From the NCBI GenBank assembly GCA_964016885.1, contig OZ024743.1, forward strand, positions 132,680,001 through 132,744,000: a stretch of 64,000 nucleotides of DNA, read 5' to 3'. Source of the stretch: Eledone cirrhosa. Its lineage: Eukaryota. The notes under the pieces were generated by a model. It saw only the letters and a program-made list of their open reading frames with translations. It searched no databases and had not been told where the DNA came from. Position 1 is the stretch's first letter; every line of letters starts with the position of its first letter. Below, piece by piece: positions 26,501-39,800 of the stretch. The position numbers and the translations under genes were made by a program.

Positions 26501-29500
26501 TGGTGCTTGGTGTTTGGTGCTTGGTGCTTGGTGTTTGGTGCTTGGTGCTTAGAGTTTGGTGCTAGGTGCTTGGGGTTTGGTGTTTGGTGCTTGGTGCTTG
26601 GTGTTTGGTGCTTGGTGCTTGGTGCTTGGTCTTTGCTGTTTGGTGTTTAGTGCTTGGTGCTTGGTGCTTGGTGTTTGGTGCTTTGTGCTTGGTGCATTGT
26701 GATTAGTGTTTGGTGCTTGGTGTTTGGTGCTTGGTGTTTGGTGCTTGGTGTTTGGTGCTTGGTGCTTGGTGCTTGGTGCATGGTGCTTGGTGTTTGGTGC
26801 TTGGTGTTTGGTGCTTGGTGTTAGGTGTTTGGTGCTTGGTGCTTGGTGTTTGGTGTTTGGTGCTTGGTTTTTGGTGCTTGGTGCTTGGTGTTTGGTGTTT
26901 GGTGCTTGGTGTTTGGTGCTTGCTACGTGGTGCTGGTGCTTGGTGTTAGGTGTTTGGTGCTTGGTGCGTGGTGTTTGGTTTTTGTTGCTTGGTGCTTGGT
27001 GTTTGGTGTTTGGTGCTTGCTGCTGGCTGCTTGGTGTTTGGTGCTTGGTGATTGGTGCTTGGTGTTTGGTGCTTGGTGTTTGGTGTTTGGTGCTAGGTGC
27101 TTGGTGCTTGGTGTTTGGTGCTTGGTGCTTGGTGTTTGGTGTTTGGTGCTTTGTGCTTGGTGTCTGGTGCTTGGTGCTGGGTGGTTGGTGTTTGGTGCTT
27201 GGTGTTTGGTGCTGGGTGCTTGGTGTTTGGTGCTTGGTGCTTGGTCTTTGGTGCTTGGTGTTTGGTGTTTGGTGCTTGGTGCTTGGTGCTTGGTGTTTGG
27301 TGCTTGGTGCTTGGTGCTTGGTGCTTGGTGCTTAGTGTTTGGTGCTAGGTGCTTGGGGTTTGGTGTTTGGTGCTTGGTGCTTGGTGTTTGGTGCTTGGTG
27401 CTTGGTGCTTGGTCTTTGCTGTTTGGTGTTTAGTGCTTGGTGCTTGGTGCTTGGTGTTTGGTGCTTTGTGCTTGGTGCATTGTGATTAGTGTTTGGTGCT
27501 TGGTGCTTGGGGTTTGGTGTTTGGTGCTTGGTGCTTGGTATTTGGTGCTTGGTACTTGGTGTTTGGTGCTTGGTGTTTGCTGTTTGCTGTTTGCTGTTTT
27601 TGGTGTTTGCTGTTTGCTGTTTGGTGTCTGCTTTTTGGTGTTTGGTGTTTGCTCTATGGTGTTTGCTGTTTCATGTTTGGTGTTTGCTGTTTGGTGTTTG
27701 GTGTTTGCTGTTTGGTGTTTGGTCTTTGGTGCTTGGTCTTTGGTGCTTGGTGTTTGGTGCTTGGTGCTTGGTGTTTGGTGTTTGGTGCTTGGTGCCTGGT
27801 GCTTGTTGTTTGTGATTGGTGCTTGGTGTTTGCTGTTTGGTGTTTGGTGCTTGGTGTTTGCTGTTTGGTGTTTGGTGCTTGGTGCATGGTGCTTGGTGTT
27901 TGGTGCTTGGTGCTTGGTGCCTGCTGCTTGTTGTTTGGTGATTGGTGCTTGGTGTTTGCTGTTTGGTGTTTGGTGTTTGGTGTTTGCTGTTTGGTGTTTG
28001 GTGCTTGGTGTTTGATGCTTGGTGCTTGGTGCTTGGTGTTTGGTGTTTGGTGTTTGCTGTTTGGTGTTTGGTGCTTGGTGCTTGGTGCTTGGTGTTTGGT
28101 GCTTGGTGTTTGGTGCTTGGTGCTTGATGGTTGGTGTTTGTACTTGGTGCTTGGTGCTTGGTGTTTTGTGCTTGATTCTTGGTGTTTGGTGCTAGGTGTT
28201 TGCTGCTTAGTGCTTGGTGTTTGGTGTTTGGTGCTTGGTGTTTGGTGCTTGGTGCTTGGTTCTTGGTGTTAGGTATTTCGTGCTTGGTGTTTGGTGTTTG
28301 GTGCTTCATGCTTGGTGCTTGGTGTTTGGTGCTTGGTGCTTGGTGTTTGGTGCTTGGTGCCTGGTGCATGGTGTTTGGTGCTTGATGCTTGGTGTTTGGT
28401 GTTTGGTGCCTGGTGTTTGGTGCTTGGTGCTTGGTGCTTGGTGTTAGGTGTTAGGTGTTTGATGCTTGGTGTTTGCTGTTTGGTGTTTGTTGTTTGCTGT
28501 TTGGTGTTTGGTCTTTGGTGCTTGGTCTTTGGTGCTTGGTGTTTGGTGCTTGGTGCTTGGTGTTTGGTGTTTGGTGCTTGGTGCCTGGTGCTTGTTGTTT
28601 GGTGATTGGTGCTTGGTGTTTGCTGTTTGGTGTTTGGTGTTTGGTGTTTGCTGTTTTGTGTTTGGTGCTTGGTGCTTGGTGCTTGGTGTTTGGTGCTTGG
28701 TGCTTGGTGTTTGGTGCTTGGTGCTTGATGCTTGGTGTTTGTACTTGGTGCTTGGTGCTTGGTGTTTTGTGCTTGATTCTTGGTGTTTGGTGCTTGGTGT
28801 TTGGTGCTTAGTGCTTGGTGTTTGGTGTTTGGTGCTTGGTGTTTGGTGCTTGGTGCTTGGTGCTTGGTGTTTGGTGCTTGATGCTTGGTGTTTGGTGCTT
28901 GGTGCCTGGTGCATGGTGTTTGGTGCTTGATGCTTGGTGTTTGGTGTTTGGTGCTTGGTGTTTGGTGCTTGGTGCTTGGTGCTTGGTGTTAGGTGTTAGG
29001 TGTTTGGTGATTGGTGCTTGGTGTTTGGTGCTTGGTGCTTGATGTTTGGTGCTTGGTGCTTGGTGTTTGGTGCTTGCTGTTTGGTGCTTGGTACTTGGGG
29101 CTTGGTGTTTGGTGCTTGGTGCTTGGTGTTTGGTGCTTGGTGTTTGGTGTTTGGTGCTTGGTGTTTGGTGCTTGGTGCTTGGTGCTGGGTGGTTGGTGTT
29201 TGGTGCTTGGTGCTTGGTGTTTGGTGCTTGGTGCTTGGTGTTTGGTGCTTGGCGCTTGGTGCTTGGTCTTTGGTGCTTGGTGATTAGTGTTTGGTGCTTG
29301 GTGCTTGGGGTTTGGTGTTTGGTGCTTGGTGCTTGGTGTTTGGTGCTTGGTGTTTGGTGCTTGGTGTTTGGTTTTTGCTGTTTGGTGTTTGGTGTTTGCT
29401 GTTTGCTGTTTGCTGTTTGGTGTCTGCTTTTTGGTGTTTGGTGTTTGCTGTATCGTGTTTGCTGTTTCGTGTTTATTGTTTGCTGTTTGGTGTTTGGTGT

Positions 29501-30816
29501 TTGGTGTTTGGTGTTTCCTGTTTGGTGTTTAGTCTTTGGTGCTTGGTGTTTGGTGCTTGGTGCTTGGTGTTTGGTGTTTGGTGCTTGGTGCTTGGTGTTT
29601 GGTGCTTGGTGCTTGTTGTTTGGTGATTGGTGCTTGGTGCTTGGTGTTTGGTGTTTGGTGCTTGGGGCTTGGTGTTTGGTGCTTGGTGCTTGGTGCTTGG
29701 TGCTTGGTGTTTGGTGTTTGATGATTGGTGTTTGGTGTTTGGTGTTTGGTGCTTGGTGCTTGGTGTTTGGTGTTTGATGCTTCCTGCTTGATGCTTGGTG
29801 CTTGGTGCTTGGTGTTTGGTGCTTGGTGCTTGGTGTTTGGTGCTTGGTACTTGGTGTTTGGTTCTTGGTGTTTGCCGTTTGCTGTTTGGTGTTTGGTGTT
29901 TGCTGTTTGCTGTTTGGTGTCTGCTTTTTGGTGTTTGTTGTTTGCTCTATGGTGTTTGCTGTTTCATGTTTGGTGTTTGCTGTTTGGTGTTTGTTGTTTG
30001 GTGCTGGGTGCTTGGTGTTTGGTGCTTGGTGCTTGGTCTTTGGTGCTTGGTGTTTGGTGTTTGGTGCTTGGTGCTTGGTGCTTGGTGTTTGGTGCTTGGT
30101 GCTTGGTGTTTGGTGCTTGGTGCTTAGTGTTTGGTGCTAGGTGCTTGGGGTTTGGTGTTTGGTGCTTGGTGCTTGGTGTTTGGTGCTTGGTGCTTGGTGC
30201 TTGGTCTTTGCTGTTTGGTGTTTAGTGCTTGGTGCTTGGTGCTTGGTGTTTGGTGCTTGGTGCTTGGTGCATTGCGATTAGTGTTTGGTGCTTGGTGCTT
30301 GGGGTTTGGTGTTTGGTGCTTGGTGCTTGGTATTTGGTGCTTGGTACTTGGTGTTTGGTGCTTGGTGTTTGCTGTTTGCTGTTTGCTGTTTTTGGTGTTT
30401 GCTGTTTGCTGTTTGGTGTCTGCTTTTTGGTGTTTGGTGTTTGCTCTATGGTGTTTGCTCTATGGTGTTTGCTGTTTCATGTTTGGTGTTTGCTGTTTGG
30501 TGTTTGGTCTTTGGTGCTTGGTCTTTGGTGCCTGGTGTTTGGTGCTTGGTGCTTGGTGTTTGGTGTTTGGTGCTTGGCGCCTGGTGCTTGTTGTTTGGTG
30601 ATTGGTGCTTGGTGTTTGCTGTTTGGTGTTTGGTGTTTGGTGTTTGCTGTTTGGTGTTTGGTGCTTGGTGCTTGGTTCTTGGTGTTTGGTGCTTGGTGCT
30701 TGGTGTTTGGTGCTTGGTGCTTGGTGTTTGGTGCTTGGTGCCTGGTGCTTGTTGTTTGGTGATTGGTGCTTGGTGTTTGCTGTTTGGTGTTTGGTGTTTG
30801 GTGTTTGCTGTTCGGT

Positions 30817-33800
30817 GTTTGGTGCTGGGTGCTTGGTGTTTGGTGTTTGATGCTTGGTGTTTGATGCTTGGTGCTTGGTGCTTGGTGTTTGGTGTTTGGT
30901 GTTTGCTGTTTGGTGTTTGGTGCTTGGTGCTTGGTGCTTGGTGTTTGGTGCTTGGTGTTTGGTGCTTGGTGCTTGATGGTTGGTGTTTGTACTTGGTGCT
31001 GGGGGTGCTTGGTGTTTTGTGCTTGATTCTTGGTGTTTGGTGCTAGGTGTTTGCTGCTTAGTGCTTGGTGTTTGGTGTTTGGTGCTTGGTGTTTGGTGCT
31101 TGGTGCTTGGTGCTTGGTGTTAGGTGTTTGGTGCTTGGTGTTTGGTGTTTGGTGCTTCATGCTTGGTGCTTGGTGTTTGGTGCTTGGTGCTTGGTGTTTG
31201 GTGCTTGGTGCCTGGTGCATGGTGTTTGGTGCTTGATGCTTGGTGTTTGGTGTTTGGTGTTTGGTGTTTGGTGCTTGGTGCTTTGTGTTTGGTGTTAGGT
31301 GTTAGGTGTTTGGTGATTGGTGCTTGGTGTTTGGTGCTTGGTGCTTGATGTTTGGTGCTTGGTGCTTGGTGTTTGGTGCTTGGTGTTTGGTGCTTGGTAC
31401 TTGGGGCTTGGTGTTTGGTGCTTGGTGCTTGGTGTTTGGTGCTTGGTGTTTGGTGTTTGGTGCTTGGTGTTTGGTGCTTGGTGCTTGGTGCTGGGTGGTT
31501 GGTGTTTGGTGCTTGGTGCTTGGTGTTTGGTGCTTGGTGCTTGGTGTTTGGTGCTTGGCGCTTGGTGCTTGGTCTTTGGTGCTTGGTGATTAGTGTTTGG
31601 TGCTTGGTGTTTGGTGCTTGGTGCTTGGTGTTTGGTGCTTGGTGCTTGGTGTTTGGTGCTTGGTGCTTGGTGTTTGGTGCTTGGTGTTTGGTTTTTGCTG
31701 TTTGGTGTCTGGTGTTTGCTGTTTGCTGTTTGCTGTTTGGTGTCTGCTTTTTGGTGTTTGGTGTTTGCTGTATCGTGTTTGCTGTTTCGTGTTTATTGTT
31801 TGGTGTTTGGTGTTTGGTGTTTGGTGTTTGGTGTTTCCTGTTTGGTGTTTAGTCTTTGGTGCTTGGTGTTTGGTGCTTGGTGCTTGGTGTTTGGTGTTTG
31901 GTGCTTGGTGCTTGGTGTTTGGTGCTTGGTGCTTGTTGTTTGGTGATTGGTGCTTGGTGCTTGGTGCTTGGTGTTTGGTGTTTGGTGCTTGGGGCTTGGA
32001 GTTTGGTGCTTGGTGCTTGGTGCTTGGTGCTTGGTGCTTGGTGTTTGGTGTTTGATGATTGGTGTTTGGTGTTTGGTGTTTGGTGCTTGGTGCTTGGTGT
32101 TTGGTGTTTGATGCTTCCTGCTTGATGCTTGGTGCTTGGTGTTTGGTGCTTCGTGCTTGGTGTTTGGTGCTTGGTACTTGGTGTTTGGTTCTTGGTGTTT
32201 GCTGTTTGCTGTTTGGTGTTTGGTGTTTGCTGTTTGCTGTTTGGTGTCTGATTTTTGGTGTTTGTTGTTTGCTCTATGGTGTTTGCTGTTTCATGTTTGG
32301 TGTTTGCTGTTTGGTGTTTGTTGTTTGGTGTTTGGTGCTTGGTGTTTGGTGCTTGGTGCTTGGTGTTTGATGCTAGGTGCTTGGTGCTTGGTGCTTGGTG
32401 TTTGGTGTTTGGTGCTTGGTGCTTGGTGCTTCGTGCTTGGTGTTTGGTGCTTGGTGCTTGGTGTTTGGTGCTTGTTGTTTGGTGATTGGTGTTTGGTCTT
32501 TGGTGCTTGGTCTTTGGTGCTTGGTGTTTGGTGCTTGGTGCTTGGTGTTTGCTGTTTGGTGCTGCGTGCTTGGTGCTTGGTGCTTGGTGCTTGGTGCTTG
32601 GTGTTTTGTGTTTGGTGTTTGATGCTTGGTGTTTGGTGTTTGGTGCTTGGTGCTTGGTGTTTGGTGTTTGATGCTTGGTGCTTTATGCTTGGTGCTTGGT
32701 GCTTGGTGTTTGGTGCTTGGTGCTTGGTGTTTGTACTTGGTGTTTGGTGCTTGGTGTTTGGAGCTTGGTGCTTGGTGTTTGGTGCTTGGTGCTTGGTGTT
32801 TGGTGTTTGGTGCTTGGTGTTTGGTGCTTGGTGCTTGGTGCTTGGTGTTAGGTGTTTGGTGCTTCATGCCTGGTGCTTGGTGTTTGGTGCTTGGTGCTTG
32901 GTGTTTGGTGCGTGGTGCCTGGTGCGTGGTGTTTGTTGCTTGGTGCTTGGTGTTTGGTGTTTGGTGCTTGGTGTTTGGTGCTTGGTGCTTGGTGTTAGCT
33001 GTTAGGTGTTTGGTGCTTGGTGCTTGGTGCTTGGTGTTTGGTGTTTGGTGTTTGCCGCTTGCTGCTTGCTGCTTGGTGTTTGGTGCTTGGTGATTGGTGC
33101 TTGGTGTTTGGTGCTTGGTGCTTGGTGTTTGGTGCTAGGTGCTTGGTGCTTGGTGCTTGGTGTTTGGTGTTTGGTGCTTGGTACTTGGGGCTTGGTGTTT
33201 GGTGCTTGGTGCTTCGTGTTTGGTGTTTGGTGATTGGTGCTTGGTGTTTGGTGTTTGGTGCTTGGTGTTTGGTGCTTGGTGCTTGGTGCTTGGTGCTTGG
33301 TGTTTGGTGCTTGGTGCTTGGTGCTTTGTGTTTGGTGATTGGTGTTTGGTGTTTGGTGCTTGGTGCTTGGTGTTTGGTGCTTGGTGCTTGGTGATTAGTG
33401 TTTGGTGCTTGGTGCTTGGGGTCTGGTGTTTGGTGCTTGGTGCTTGGTGCTTGGTGCTTGGTTCTTGGTGTTTGGTGCTCGGTGCTTGGTGCTTGGTGTT
33501 TGGTGCTTGGTGCTTGGTGTTTGGTGCTTGGTGTTTGGTGCTTGGTGTTTGGTGCTTGGTGCTTGGTGCTTGGTGCATGGTGCTTGGTGTTTGGTGCTTG
33601 GTGTTTGGTGCTTGGTGTTAGGAGTTTGGTGCTTGGTGCTTGGTGTTTGGTGTGTGGTGCTTGGTATTTGGTGCTTAGTGATTGGTGTTTGGTGTTTGGT
33701 GCTTGGTGTTTGGTGCTTGCTACGTGGTGCTTGGTGCTTGGTGTTAGGTGTTTGGTGCTTGGTGCGTGGTGTTTGGTTTTTGGTGCTTGGTGCTTGGTGT

Positions 33801-36800
33801 TTGGTGATTGGTGCTTGCTGCTGGCTGCTCGGTGTTTGGTGCTTGGTGAATGGTGCTTGGTGTTTGGTGCTTGGTGTTTGGTGTTTGGTGCTAGGTGCTT
33901 GGTGCTTGGTGTTTGGTGATGATTGGTGCTTGGTGTTTGGTGTTTGGTGCTTGGTGCTTGGTGTTTGGTGCTTGGTGCTGGGTGGTTGGTGTTTGGTGCT
34001 TGGTGTTTGGTGCTGGGTGCTTGGTGTTTGGTGATTGGTGCTTGGTCTTTGGTGCTTGGTGTTTGTTGTTTGCTGCTTGGTGCTTGGTGCTTGGTGTTTG
34101 GTGCTTGGTGCTTGGTGTTTGGTGCTTGGTGCTTAGTGTTTGGTGCTAGGTGCTTGGGGTTTGGTGTTTAGTGCTTGGTGCTTGGTGTTTGGTGCTTGGT
34201 GCTTGGTGCTTGGTCTTTGGTGTTTGGTGTTTAGTGCTTGGTGCTTGGTGCTTGGTGTTTGGTGCTTGGTGCTTGGTGCATTGTGATTAGTGTTTGGTGC
34301 TTGGTGCTTGGGGTTTGGTGTTTGGTGCTTGGTGCTTGGTGTTTGGTGATTGGTACTTGGTGTTTGGTGCTTGGTGTTTGCTGTTTGCTGTTTGGTGTTT
34401 TTGGTGTTTGCTGTTTGCTGTTTGGTGTCTGCTTTTTGGTGTTTGGTGTTTGCTCTATGGTGTTTGCTGTTTCATGTTTGGTGTTTGCTGTTTGGTGTTT
34501 GGTGTTTGCTGTTTGGTGTTTGTCTTTGGTGCTTGGTCTTTGGTGCTTGGTGTTTGGTGCTTGGTGCTTGGTGTTTGGTGTTTGGTGCTTGGTGACTGGT
34601 GCTTGTTGTTTGGTGATTGGTGCTTGGTGTTTGCTGTTTGGTGTTTGGTGTTTGGTGTTTGCTGTTTGGTGTTTGGTGCTGGGTGCTTGGTGTTTGGTGT
34701 TTGATGCTTGGTGTTTGATGCTTGGTGCTTGGTGCTTGGTGTTTGCTGTTTGGTGTTTGCTGTTTGGTGTTTGGTGCTTGGTGTTTGATGTTTGGTGCTT
34801 CATGCTTGGTGCTTGGTGTTTGGTGCTTGGTGCCTGGTGCATGGTGTTTGGTGCTTGATGCTTGGTGTTTGGTGTTTGGTGCTTGGTGTTTGGTGCTTGG
34901 TGCTTGGTGCTTGGTGTTAGGTGTTAGGTGTTTGATGCTTGGTGCTTGGTGTTTGGTGTTTGGTGTTTGGTGTTTGCTGTTTGGTGTTTGGTCTTTGGTG
35001 CTTGGTCTTTGGTGCATGGTGTTTGGTGCTTGGTGCTTGGTGTTTGGTGCTTGGTGCCTGGTGCTTGTTGTTTGGTGTTTGGTGTTTGCTGTTTTGTGTT
35101 TGGTGCTTGGTGCTTGGTGCTTGGTGTTTGGTGCTTGGTGCTTGGTGTTTGGTGCTTGGTGCTTGTTGCTTGGTGTTTGTACTTGGTGCTTGGTGCATGG
35201 TGTTTTGTGCTTGATTCTTGGTGTTTGGTGCTTGGTGTTTGGTGATTAGTGCTTGGTGTTTGGTGTTTGGTGCTTGGTGTTTGGTGCTTGGTGCTTGGTG
35301 CTTGGTGTTTGGTGTTTGGTGCTTCATGCTTGGTGCTTGGTGTTTGGTGCTTGGTGCTTGGTGTTTGGTGCTTGGTGCCTGGTGCATGGTGTTTGGTGCT
35401 TGATGCTTGGTGTTTGGTGTTTGGTGCTTGGTGTTTGGGGCTTGGTGCTTGGTGCTTGGTGTTAGGTGTTAGGTGTTTGGTGATTGGTGCTTGGTGTTTG
35501 GTGCTTGGTGCTTGATGTTTGGTGCTTGGTGCTTGGTGTTTGGTGTTTGGTGTTTGGTGCTTGGTACTTGGGGCTTGGTGTTTGGTGCTTGGTGCTTGGT
35601 GCTTGGTGTTTGGTGCTTGGTGCTTGGTGTTTGGTGTTTGGTGCTTGGTGTTTGGTGCTTGGTGCTTGGTGCTGGGTGGTTGGTGTTTGGTGCTTGGTGC
35701 TTGGTGTTTGGTGCTTGGTGCTTGGTGCTTGGTGTTTGGTGCTTGGCGCTTGGTGCTTGGTGTTTGGTGCTTGGTGATTAGTGTTTGGTGCTTGGTGCTT
35801 GGGGTTTGGTGTTTGGTGCTTGGTGCTTGGTGTTTGGTGCTTGGTGCTCGGTGTTTGGTGCTTGGTGTTTGGTTTTTGATGTTTGGTGTTTGGTGTTTGC
35901 TGTTTGGTGTCTGCTTTCTGGTGTTTGGTGTTTGCTGTATCGTGTTTGCTGTTTCGTGTTTATTGTTTGCTGTTTGGTGTTTGTTGTTTGGTGTTTGGTG
36001 TTTCCTGTTTGGTGTTTAGTCTTTGGTGTTTGGTGTTTGGTGCTTGGTGCTTGGTGTTTGGTGTTTGGTGCTTGGGGCTTGGTGTTTGGTGCTGCGTGCT
36101 TGGTGCTTGGTGCTTGGTGCTTGTTGCTTGGTGTTTGGTGTTTGATGATTGGTGTTTGGTGTTTGGTGTTTGGTGCTTGGTGCTTGGTGTTTGGTGTTTG
36201 ATGCTTGCTGCTTGATGCTTGGTGCTTGGTGCTTGGTGTTTGGTGCTTGGTGCTTGGTGTTTGCTGTTTGGTGTTTGGTGCTTGGTGTTTGGTGCTTGGT
36301 GCTTGTTGTTTGGTGATTGGTGCTTGGTGCTTGGTGTTTGCTGTTTGGTGCTTGGGGCTTGGTGTTTGGTGCTGCGTGCTTGGTGCTTGGTGCTTGGTGT
36401 TTGGTGTTTGATGATTGGCGTTTGGTGTTTGGTGTTTGGTGCTTGGTGCTTGGTGTTTGGTGTTTGATGCTTGCTGCTTGATGCTTGGTGCTTGGTGCTT
36501 GGTGTTTGGTGCTTGGTGCTTGGTGTTTGGTGCTTGGTACTTGGTGTTTGGTGCTTGGTGTTTGCTGTTTGCTGTTTGCTGTTTGGTGTTTGGTGTTTGC
36601 TGTTTGCTGTTTGGTGTCTGCTTTTTGGTGTTTGTTGTTTGCTCTATGGTGTTTGCTGTTTCGTGTTTGGTGTTTGCTGTTTCGTGTTTGGTGTTTGCTG
36701 TTTGGTGTTTGGTGCTTGGTGTTTGGTGCTTGGTGCTTGGTGTTTGGTGCTAGGTGCTTGGTGTTTGGTGCTTGGTGTTTGGTGTTTGGTGCTTGGTACT

Positions 36801-39800
36801 TGGGGCTTGGTGTTTGGTGCTTGGTGCTTCGTGCTTGGTGTTTGGTGCTTGGTGCCTGGTGCTTGTTGTTTGGTGATTGGTGCTTGGTGTTTGCTGTTTG
36901 GTGCTGCGTGCTTGGTGCTTGGTGCTTGGTGTTTTGTGTTTGGTGTTTGATGCTTGGTGTTTGGTGTTTGGTGCTTGATGCTTGGTGTTTGGTGTTTGAT
37001 GCTTGGTGCTTGATGCTTGGTGCTTGGTGCTTGGTGTTTGGTGCTTGGTGCTTGGTGTTTGTACTTGGTGTTTGGTGCTTGGTGTTTGGTGCTTGGTGCT
37101 TGGTGTTTGGTGCTTGGTGCTTGGTGTTTGGTGTTTGGTGCTTGGTGTTTGGTGCTTGGTGCTTGGTGCTTGGTGTTAGGTGTTTGGTGCTTCATGCCTG
37201 GTGCTTGGTGTTTGGTGCTTGGTGCTTGGTGTTTGGTGTTTGGTGCTTCATGCTTGGTGCTTGGTGTTTGGTGATTGGTGCTTGGTGTTTGCTGTTTGGT
37301 GCTGGGTGCTTGGTGTTTGGTGTTTGATGCTTGGTGTTTGATGCTTGGTGCTTGGTGCTTGGTGTTTGGTGTTTGGTGTTTGCTGTTTGGTGTTTGGTGC
37401 TTGGTGCTTGGTGCTTGGTGTTTGGTGCTTGGTGTTTGGTGCTTGGTGCTTGATGGTTGGTGTTTGTACTTGGTGCTGGGGGTGCTTGGTGTTTTGTGCT
37501 TGATTCTTGGTGTTTGGTGCTAGGTGTTTGCTGCTTAGTGCTTGGTGTTTGGTGTTTGGTGCTTGGTGTTTGGTGCTTGGTGCTTGGTGCTTGGTGTTAG
37601 GTGTTTGGTGCTTGGTGTTTGGTGTTTGGTGCTTCATGCTTGGTGCTTGGTGTTTGGTGCTTGGTGCTTGGTGTTTGGTGCTTGGTGCCTGGTGCATGGT
37701 GTTTGGTGCTTGATGCTTGGTGTTTGGTGTTTGGTGTTTGGTGTTTGGTGCTTGGTGCTTTGTGTTTGGTGTTAGGTGTTAGGTGTTTGGTGATTGGTGC
37801 TTGGTGTTTGGTGCTTGGTGCTTGATGTTTGGTGCTTGGTGCTTGGTGTTTGGTGCTTGGTGTTTGGTGCTTGGTACTTGGGGCTTGGTGTTTGGTGCTT
37901 GGTGCTTGGTGTTTGGTGCTTGGTGTTTGGTGTTTGGTGCTTGGTGTTTGGTGCTTGGTGCTTGGTGCTGGGTGGTTGGTGTTTGGTGCTTGGTGCTTGG
38001 TGTTTGGTGCTTGGTGCTTGGTGTTTGGTGCTTGGCGCTTGGTGCTTGGTCTTTGGTGCTTGGTGATTAGTGTTTGGTGCTTGGTGCTTGGGGTTTGGTG
38101 TTTGGTGCTTGGTGCTTGGTGTTTGGTGCTTGGTGCTTGGTGTTTGGTGCTTGGTGTTTGGTTTTTGCTGTTTGGTGTCTGGTGTTTGCTGTTTGCTGTT
38201 TGCTGTTTGGTGTCTGCTTTTTGGTGTTTGGTGTTTGCTGTATCGTGTTTGCTGTTTCGTGTTTATTGTTTGGTGTTTGGTGTTTGGTGTTTGGTGTTTG
38301 GTGTTTCCTGTTTGGTGTTTAGTCTTTGGTGCTTGGTGTTTGGTGCTTGGTGCTTGGTGTTTGGTGTTTGGTGCTTGGTGCTTGGTGTTTGGTGCTTGGT
38401 GCTTGTTGTTTGGTGATTGGTGCTTGGTGCTTGGTGCTTGGTGTTTGGTGTTTGGTGCTTGGGGCTTGGAGTTTGGTGCTTGGTGCTTGGTGCTTGGTGC
38501 TTGGTGCTTGGTGTTTGGTGTTTGATGATTGGTGTTTGGTGTTTGGTGTTTGGTGCTTGGTGCTTGGTGTTTGGTGTTTGATGCTTCCTGCTTGATGCTT
38601 GGTGCTTGGTGTTTGGTGCTTCGTGCTTGGTGTTTGGTGCTTGGTACTTGGTGTTTGGTTCTTGGTGTTTGCTGTTTGCTGTTTGGTGTTTGGTGTTTGC
38701 TGTTTGCTGTTTGGTGTCTGATTTTTGGTGTTTGTTGTTTGCTCTATGGTGTTTGCTGTTTCATGTTTGGTGTTTGCTGTTTGGTGTTTGTTGTTTGGTG
38801 TTTGGTGCTTGGTGTTTGGTGCTTGGTGCTTGGTGTTTGATGCTAGGTGCTTGGTGCTTGGTGCTTGGTGTTTGGTGTTTGGTGCTTGGTGCTTGGTGCT
38901 TCGTGCTTGGTGTTTGGTGCTTGGTGCTTGGTGTTTGGTGCTTGTTGTTTGGTGATTGGTGTTTGGTCTTTGGTGCTTGGTCTTTGGTGCTTGGTGTTTG
39001 GTGCTTGGTGCTTGGTGTTTGCTGTTTGGTGCTGCGTGCTTGGTGCTTGGTGCTTGGTGCTTGGTGCTTGGTGTTTTGTGTTTGGTGTTTGATGCTTGGT
39101 GTTTGGTGTTTGGTGCTTGGTGCTTGGTGTTTGGTGTTTGATGCTTGGTGCTTTATGCTTGGTGCTTGGTGCTTGGTGTTTGGTGCTTGGTGCTTGGTGT
39201 TTGTACTTGGTGTTTGGTGCTTGGTGTTTGGAGCTTGGTGCTTGGTGTTTGGTGCTTGGTGCTTGGTGTTTGGTGTTTGGTGCTTGGTGTTTGGTGCTTG
39301 GTGCTTGGTGCTTGGTGTTAGGTGTTTGGTGCTTCATGCCTGGTGCTTGGTGTTTGGTGCTTGGTGCTTGGTGTTTGGTGCTTGGTGCCTGGTGCGTGGT
39401 GTTTGTTGCTTGGTGCTTGGTGTTTGGTGTTTGGTGCTTGGTGTTTGGTGCTTGGTGCTTGGTGTTAGCTGTTAGGTGTTTGGTGCTTGGTGCTTGGTGC
39501 TTGGTGTTTGGTGTTTGGTGTTTGCCGCTTGCTGCTTGCTGCTTGGTGTTTGGTGCTTGGTGATTGGTGCTTGGTGTTTGGTGCTTGGTGCTTGGTGTTT
39601 GGTGCTAGGTGCTTGGTGCTTGGTGCTTGGTGTTTGGTGTTTGGTGCTTGGTACTTGGGGCTTGGTGTTTGGTGCTTGGTGCTTCGTGTTTGGTGTTTGG
39701 TGATTGGTGCTTGGTGTTTGGTGTTTGGTGCTTGGTGTTTGGTGCTTGGTGCTTGGTGCTTGGTGCTTGGTGTTTGGTGCTTGGTGCTTGGTGCTTTGTG

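Larger units (their letters stand above)
15776..29665 (+). repeat. Higher-order tandem duplication, period 6936 bp (2 near-identical copies, ~15776-22711 and ~22712-29665)
   Basis: Many ORF pairs offset by exactly 6936 (15846/22782, 17444/24380, 18830/25766, 20501/27437, 21508/28444, 22351/29287); TATATGC at 18809/25745. One local difference noticed: 'ttttagtgc' ~20045 vs 'ttttgttgc' ~26981. Confidence 0.96.
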
